Below, piece after piece: positions 59,287 through 64,000 of a stretch of DNA of 64,000 nucleotides. The stretch comes from Promethearchaeota archaeon. GTDB taxonomy: Archaea > Asgardarchaeota > Lokiarchaeia > Sigyniarchaeales > SOKP01. Made by a program: the position numbers and the translations under genes. The notes under the pieces were generated by a model. The model ran no database searches, was not told where the DNA came from, and worked only from the letters and a program-made list of their open reading frames with translations. Where the stretch lies: assembly GCA_019057865.1 (NCBI GenBank), contig JAHLWP010000008.1:32001-96000 (forward strand), written 5' to 3'. Within the stretch, counting starts at the first letter, position 1. The number at the start of each line of letters is the position of its first letter.

Positions 59287-59970
59287 CTATTCAATTTTAT
59301 ATCCATTTTCTTCCCACGCTTTTCTCATTCTTGGATTGTTTTTAAGAAATACATCAACTATTTCTTTTGGAACACGATTCAAAGGGCATGAAAAATTAAT
59401 ACAAACAGGACAAGTTTTCAATTGTATTATCGTAATCCATATTCCTATTCCTATTAAAGTCAAAATCAACATTAAAAATTGCTTTCCAATAATTAAAAAT
59501 GGTATTGGATATCCAATGAGGATCCCAGCTCCAATTATAAATTGAATTTTTTCCGATTTTTTCAAAGGCTCAGGATGAAATCTTGATATCTTATAAGCAC
59601 CTCTATTTATATCACAATGAAGAGTTTTTTGAGTATCATTCGCGTAATAAGGGCAATGACTGCATAATATCCTGCTTTCCCATACACAGAAAAAGAAGAG
59701 AGCATAAATAATCCACCCTATTAGAATGATGAACAATAAATTGATTTCAAATTCAGAAAAAAAGATTCCAATAAGAGCAGGAATAATTGCTGCAAAAACA
59801 CCCAAACCAAAATATAAACTAAACTTTATATGCACATGACAATGTAGCTTATCTTTAATACTACAATTGGAGCATTCTGATCTATCTTTCCAAATACAAA
59901 TTCCTTGAGTATTTGTATCTTTTTCTCTCTCTACTGTTTTAGAATTAAAATTATTATTATTTTGCATCAA
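59287..59970 (-). CDS. Cys-rich 4-TM membrane protein
   Basis: CSNC, LCSHCPYY, CPVCINFSCPLN flanking TM helices. Confidence 0.7.
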   Translation of the reverse strand: MMQNNNNFNSKTVEREKDTNTQGICIWKDRSECSNCSIKDKLHCHVHIKFSLYFGLGVFAAIIPALIGIFFSEFEINLLFIILIGWIIYALFFFCVWESRILCSHCPYYANDTQKTLHCDINRGAYKISRFHPEPLKKSEKIQFIIGAGILIGYPIPFLIIGKQFLMLILTLIGIGIWITIIQLKTCPVCINFSCPLNRVPKEIVDVFLKNNPRMRKAWEENGYKIE

Positions 59971-60067
59971 ACTAGCAAATATTTTAGTTAAAAAATGTAA
60001 AATTCATGCTTACATTAAATTATAAAAATTAAAAAAAAAAATTTTAGAATTTTTTAAAAAACAGAAA

Positions 60068-60373
60068 TTATTTTTCTCTAAAATCTTCTCCCTCGACAAC
60101 TTGCATTTCTGCGATGGAGTCAATTCCGATTCCTTTAACGTTCTCATTCCATATTTTTTGGATTGATTCTGCATCTTTCGCATTCCATTCACAATATAAT
60201 TTTTCATGATCTAAAACTGCCCAAGACTTTACCCAATACGCATCGAAATTACAAGCTTTTCTCACATCAATAATCATTTTATTTTTTTCTGGGGGGATTT
60301 CTGCCATTTGTTCCAACTGTTTTCTTGGTACAGAATGAACTACAATAAATTTTGGCATTTTCACACCTCTCAT
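60068..60373 (-). CDS. Small DUF4242-like protein
   Basis: MPKFIVVH, WVKSW, KLYCEWNAKD. Confidence 0.6.
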   Translation of the reverse strand: MRGVKMPKFIVVHSVPRKQLEQMAEIPPEKNKMIIDVRKACNFDAYWVKSWAVLDHEKLYCEWNAKDAESIQKIWNENVKGIGIDSIAEMQVVEGEDFREK

Positions 60374-60672
60374 TTTTTTTCTTAATAAAAGTTTTGTTAA
60401 AAATTAGTGAATTTCTTGATAAAATTAAAGTTATTTTTCAAATAAGTAAAAATACTTTAAAAATATTTATGATGGAATCGTAATCTTAACTTATCGGGAA
60501 AGATTGAGAAAAACCATTTTAACTATTTATACTAATAATATTCATAAAAAATCATTTATAATAATCACTCTTTTTAAAAGAAAACATAAATTAGAAAAAT
60601 ATAGTAAATTTATCTTATACAGATTTTAGAAAAATAATAACATCTAAGGATAGGATTACTAATAATTAGTAG

Positions 60673-61878
60673 GTGAATAACATTTCAGGGGATATAATAA
60701 AAAATATAATTGCTATGGCAAATTATTGTTATAGTTGTAATCGATGTGTTAATGTATGTCCACTTTCCCATATAGATGTTTTTTATCCCCAAAAATTAGT
60801 AGTAGATTTACTTTTTTCACCATTAAAAGAAGTTTTAGAAAATCATAATATATGGGATTGTCTTACGTGTGGTCAATGCTCCAATTACTGTCCAATGACT
60901 CAAGAAAAAGTTGGTGTGAGATTTCCAGAATTAATATTAGAATTGAGAAAACTAGCTTTTAATGACATAACTCAATTAGACAAAATCATTCAGTGTGAAA
61001 CACATGATGAAATATTTCCACTCATTTCAAAAATTATGTCGGATGATAACTTACATCCCAATAAATTAGAATTTTTGGAAAAGACCTCTTTAAAGACGAC
61101 AGATTCAGGTGAAATCGCATATTTTGTTGGATGTTTACCTCTTATGGAAACTATTTTTTATAAATCAGATATCAAATATATAAATACACCAAAGACTATA
61201 ATAGGTCTACTTAATGAAGCAAATATCATGCCAGTTGTATTGAACGAAAAATGCTGTGGACATGATACTTTATGGAGAGGGGATATTAATACCTTTAAAA
61301 AGCTCGCCGAATATAATGTTAAACTTTATAGAGAAGCTGAGGTTAAAACAATTATCTTAGGATGTGCTGAAGGATATAGGACCTGGAAGTTTGACTATCC
61401 AAAGATTATAAAAGATTATGACTTTAAGATTATTCATTTCTCTGAGTTTTTTCTCAAAGAAAAAATCCTTGATGATGTTAGATTTCCACAAGAAACAAAT
61501 ATAAAAGTTACATATCACGATGCATGCCGATTAGGACGCTTAGGAGGAAAATTATATGATGCTCCACGGGAATTACTTAAACAAATTCCTGGAGTTGAAC
61601 TAATTGAAATGGAAAATATTAGAGATGATGCAAATTGTTGTGGGGTCTCAGCTTTTATGGGATGTAATGAATCAACTCGAATTTTTAGACAGAATCGTAT
61701 TAATGAAGCATTAGAAACAGGGGCTGAATATTTAATTGTACCTTGTCCAAAGTGTTTAACACATTTCGATTGCTATCTTAATGAACCTTCCTTAGAAGAT
61801 GAATATAAAAATTTGAAAAATAAAATTAAAGTTATAGATTTGGCAAGCTTTATTGGAGAATTACTTTTCCTTGTTTAG
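60673..61878 (+). CDS. HdrD-like protein (4Fe-4S + two CCG domains)
   Basis: CYSCNRCVNVCP, CLTCGQCSNYCP, CCGH, CAEG, YHDAC, CCG, CPKC. Confidence 0.88.
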   Translation: MNNISGDIIKNIIAMANYCYSCNRCVNVCPLSHIDVFYPQKLVVDLLFSPLKEVLENHNIWDCLTCGQCSNYCPMTQEKVGVRFPELILELRKLAFNDITQLDKIIQCETHDEIFPLISKIMSDDNLHPNKLEFLEKTSLKTTDSGEIAYFVGCLPLMETIFYKSDIKYINTPKTIIGLLNEANIMPVVLNEKCCGHDTLWRGDINTFKKLAEYNVKLYREAEVKTIILGCAEGYRTWKFDYPKIIKDYDFKIIHFSEFFLKEKILDDVRFPQETNIKVTYHDACRLGRLGGKLYDAPRELLKQIPGVELIEMENIRDDANCCGVSAFMGCNESTRIFRQNRINEALETGAEYLIVPCPKCLTHFDCYLNEPSLEDEYKNLKNKIKVIDLASFIGELLFLV

Positions 61879-61962
61879 AAACGCTAGGGTGTAAAAAAAA
61901 TGATTTATAACTTTTTTTAAAATGAATGAACTTAATGAATTTTCAATAATGGAGGGATATAA

Positions 61963-64000
61963 TTGAGCGAAAAAAATAAAGTTGGGTCTGTAATGATCGT
62001 TGGAGCAGGGATAGGGGGATGTCAAGCGGCATTAGACTTAGCAGATTCTGGTATCAAGGTCTATCTTGTTGACAAGGAACCTTCCATCGGAGGAGTTATG
62101 GCCCAATTAGATAAAACATTCCCAACAAATGACTGTTCAATGTGCATTTTAGCTCCAAAACTCGTCGCTGTCGATAGGCATCCTAATATTGAATTGATTA
62201 CTTATGCAGATGTCCTAAATCTGGAGGGTGAAGCGGGTAATTTTAATGCAACGATTAATAAAAAAACAAGATATATTCATGAAGATAAATGTACGGGTTG
62301 TGGGGATTGCGTTCAGGAATGCCCTGTTCAAGTTCCTGATGAATTCAATCAGAAATTGAATAATAGAAAGGCAATATATCTTCAATTTCCTCAAGCTGTA
62401 CCTTTTAAAGTATTGATTGATAAGCAGGGGATTCCTCCCTGCAAAGATGCGTGTCCTGCTCATGTAAATGCCCAAGGATATATTGCTTTAATCTCTAAAA
62501 AAAGCTATCAAGAAGCCTTGGAACTAATTAGAGAGAGATGTCCCCTTCCTTCTGTTATAGGTCGTATTTGTCCTCGTTTCTGTGAATCGGTGTGTAACAG
62601 AGCAGAAGTAGATGCTCCTATTAATATTTGTGGTTTAAAAAGATTTGTAGCTGATTATGTAAGAGATAATCTTGAGGAAGAGATCACATTCTTAGAAGAC
62701 AAAAAGGAAGAAAAAGTTGCTATTGTCGGTTCGGGTCCAGCTGGACTTACTGTTGCATATCACCTAGCAAGACTTGGGTATCCCGTCACTATTTTTGAAA
62801 AGGAACCTTTTGCTGGTGGAATGCTTAGACTAGGGATTCCTGATTACAGGTTGCCTCCAGAAATTTTAGAAAGTGATATTGAACATATTAAGAAATTTGG
62901 TGTTGAGATAAAAACGAATACACCAGTAGGTCCTGATTTAACTTTAGAGGATTTGAAAAAACAGGGGTATAAAGCTATATTTATAGCCATAGGTCTTCAT
63001 AATAGTCGTAAAATGGATTTTGAATGTAAAGATATTGAAGATGTGATATATGGTGTTGAGTTTCTAAAAGAATTAAACTTATCCAGAAATGTACCTAATC
63101 TTAAAGATAAAATTGTAGGAGTAGTGGGCGGAGGAGATGTTGCAATGGATGCAGCACGATCATCTATAAGATTAGGCGCTAAAAAAGTTATAATTATCTA
63201 TAGACGATCTGAACAAGAAATACCCGCTTCAAGGGAAGAAATAGAAAGAGTAAGGGAAGAAGGTATTGAATTTAAATTTTTAACGGTTCCTACCAGAGAT
63301 GCCATTGGCAAAGGTGGTAAACTCTCTGAAATTGAATGTGTGGAAATGAAACTTGGTGAACCGGATGAATCTGGAAGGCGAAGACCCATTGAAATTGAAG
63401 ATTCTGAATTCAAAATGAAGATAGATACTTTAATACTTTCAATAGGACAAGAACCAGATTGCTCTCTAATAGAATCTGCTTCTAAAAAGAAATTAAATAT
63501 TAATAAATGGGGTTACATTGAAACAGATAAAATAACTTTTGAAACCAATATCCCTGGCGTATTTGCTGGTGGAGAGATCATCACGGGTGCTGGTTCTGCT
63601 ATAGAAGCGATATCAACAGGAAATAAAGCTGCTATAGCGATAGAGAAATATCTAAAAGGAGAAGATATTTCCGAATTAAAAGAAATCATTCCAGATTATA
63701 AAGTAACGGATATAATTACTAGTGCTGGTATTCAAGATATTGAGCGTTTTTCATGTCAAGATAGGAATGAGTTCACAATATGTCTACCAGAGGAACGCAT
63801 ATACAACTTTAATGAAGTTGCTAGTGGTATGGATGAAGAATCTTCTATTGAAGAAGCATTACGATGTCTCAATTGCGGATCTTGCTGTGAGTGTTTTGAA
63901 TGCGTAAGGGCATGTCAAGCTGATGCTATTGATCATAGTTTAACTGATGAGACTATTTCTATCAATGTTGGGGCTGTGATATTAGCTCTTGGCTCTGATG
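61963..64000 (+). CDS. hdrA: Large HdrA-like flavoprotein with inserted GltD-type NAD(P)H module (runs off window; not in ORF track)
   Basis: TTG 61963 after GGAGG; VGAGIGG, DKTFPTNDCSMCIL, CTGCGDCVQECP, then PCKDACP, GRICPRFCE, VGSGPAGL, VGGGDVAMD, RCLNCGSCCECFEC. Confidence 0.9.
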   Translation, partial: MSEKNKVGSVMIVGAGIGGCQAALDLADSGIKVYLVDKEPSIGGVMAQLDKTFPTNDCSMCILAPKLVAVDRHPNIELITYADVLNLEGEAGNFNATINKKTRYIHEDKCTGCGDCVQECPVQVPDEFNQKLNNRKAIYLQFPQAVPFKVLIDKQGIPPCKDACPAHVNAQGYIALISKKSYQEALELIRERCPLPSVIGRICPRFCESVCNRAEVDAPINICGLKRFVADYVRDNLEEEITFLEDKKEEKVAIVGSGPAGLTVAYHLARLGYPVTIFEKEPFAGGMLRLGIPDYRLPPEILESDIEHIKKFGVEIKTNTPVGPDLTLEDLKKQGYKAIFIAIGLHNSRKMDFECKDIEDVIYGVEFLKELNLSRNVPNLKDKIVGVVGGGDVAMDAARSSIRLGAKKVIIIYRRSEQEIPASREEIERVREEGIEFKFLTVPTRDAIGKGGKLSEIECVEMKLGEPDESGRRRPIEIEDSEFKMKIDTLILSIGQEPDCSLIESASKKKLNINKWGYIETDKITFETNIPGVFAGGEIITGAGSAIEAISTGNKAAIAIEKYLKGEDISELKEIIPDYKVTDIITSAGIQDIERFSCQDRNEFTICLPEERIYNFNEVASGMDEESSIEEALRCLNCGSCCECFECVRACQADAIDHSLTDETISINVGAVILALGSD

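Noticed and set aside
1227-63907. Many short antisense or overlapping ORFs in the track (e.g. 1227..1439, 3600..3827, 15216..15491, 33946..34296, 49559..49999, 62215..62475, 63722..63907)
   Set aside because: They overlap well-supported genes on the other strand or frame and lack motifs; shadow ORFs
1-64000. Genome-wide amber (TAG) reassignment
   Set aside because: TAG ends clearly complete genes (988..1767, nrdJ, hdrB) and no long conserved gene is interrupted by TAG
1-64000. tRNA/rRNA genes, transposases, integrases, reverse transcriptases (DGR)
   Set aside because: No GC-rich structured RNA-like stretch with T-loop/CCA features and no ORF with DDE, tyrosine-recombinase or RT motifs was recognised

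Overview
AT-rich, gene-dense archaeal chromosomal segment, most likely from Lokiarchaeia (Asgard). The assignment is an inference from IPGY-TM-Lys C-terminal sorting tails, a longin-like domain, an SDS22-like LRR protein, the HCSNLQAW domain family and frequent TTG/GTG starts. Core content is anaerobic C1/redox metabolism (fwdBCD plus ferredoxins, fdhD, hdrB, HdrD-like proteins, a large HdrA-GltD fusion, 2-oxoacid:Fd oxidoreductase, cooC), a class II RNR with an intein, tRNA editing/modification genes and surface proteins. I found no rRNA, tRNA, CRISPR array or transposase. Highlights the ORF track misses or does not explain: (1) a DapA-family aldolase lacking the DHDPS Arg, fused to formaldehyde-activating enzyme, behind an unknown conserved gene; (2) six genes encoding a three-module membrane/left-handed beta-helix system that resembles the Pls (poly-lysine synthetase) terminal domain, in split and fused forms; (3) two peroxiredoxin-like genes with in-frame TGA at the catalytic site (selenoproteins), one followed by a eukaryote-like SECIS hairpin; (4) a Gln-terminated intein at the RNR active site; (5) a polyferredoxin that seems to start at ATT; (6) a 43-bp direct-repeat-flanked toxin-like cassette and several 3'-end gene scars. 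All functional calls come from motif recognition; no database searches were run.
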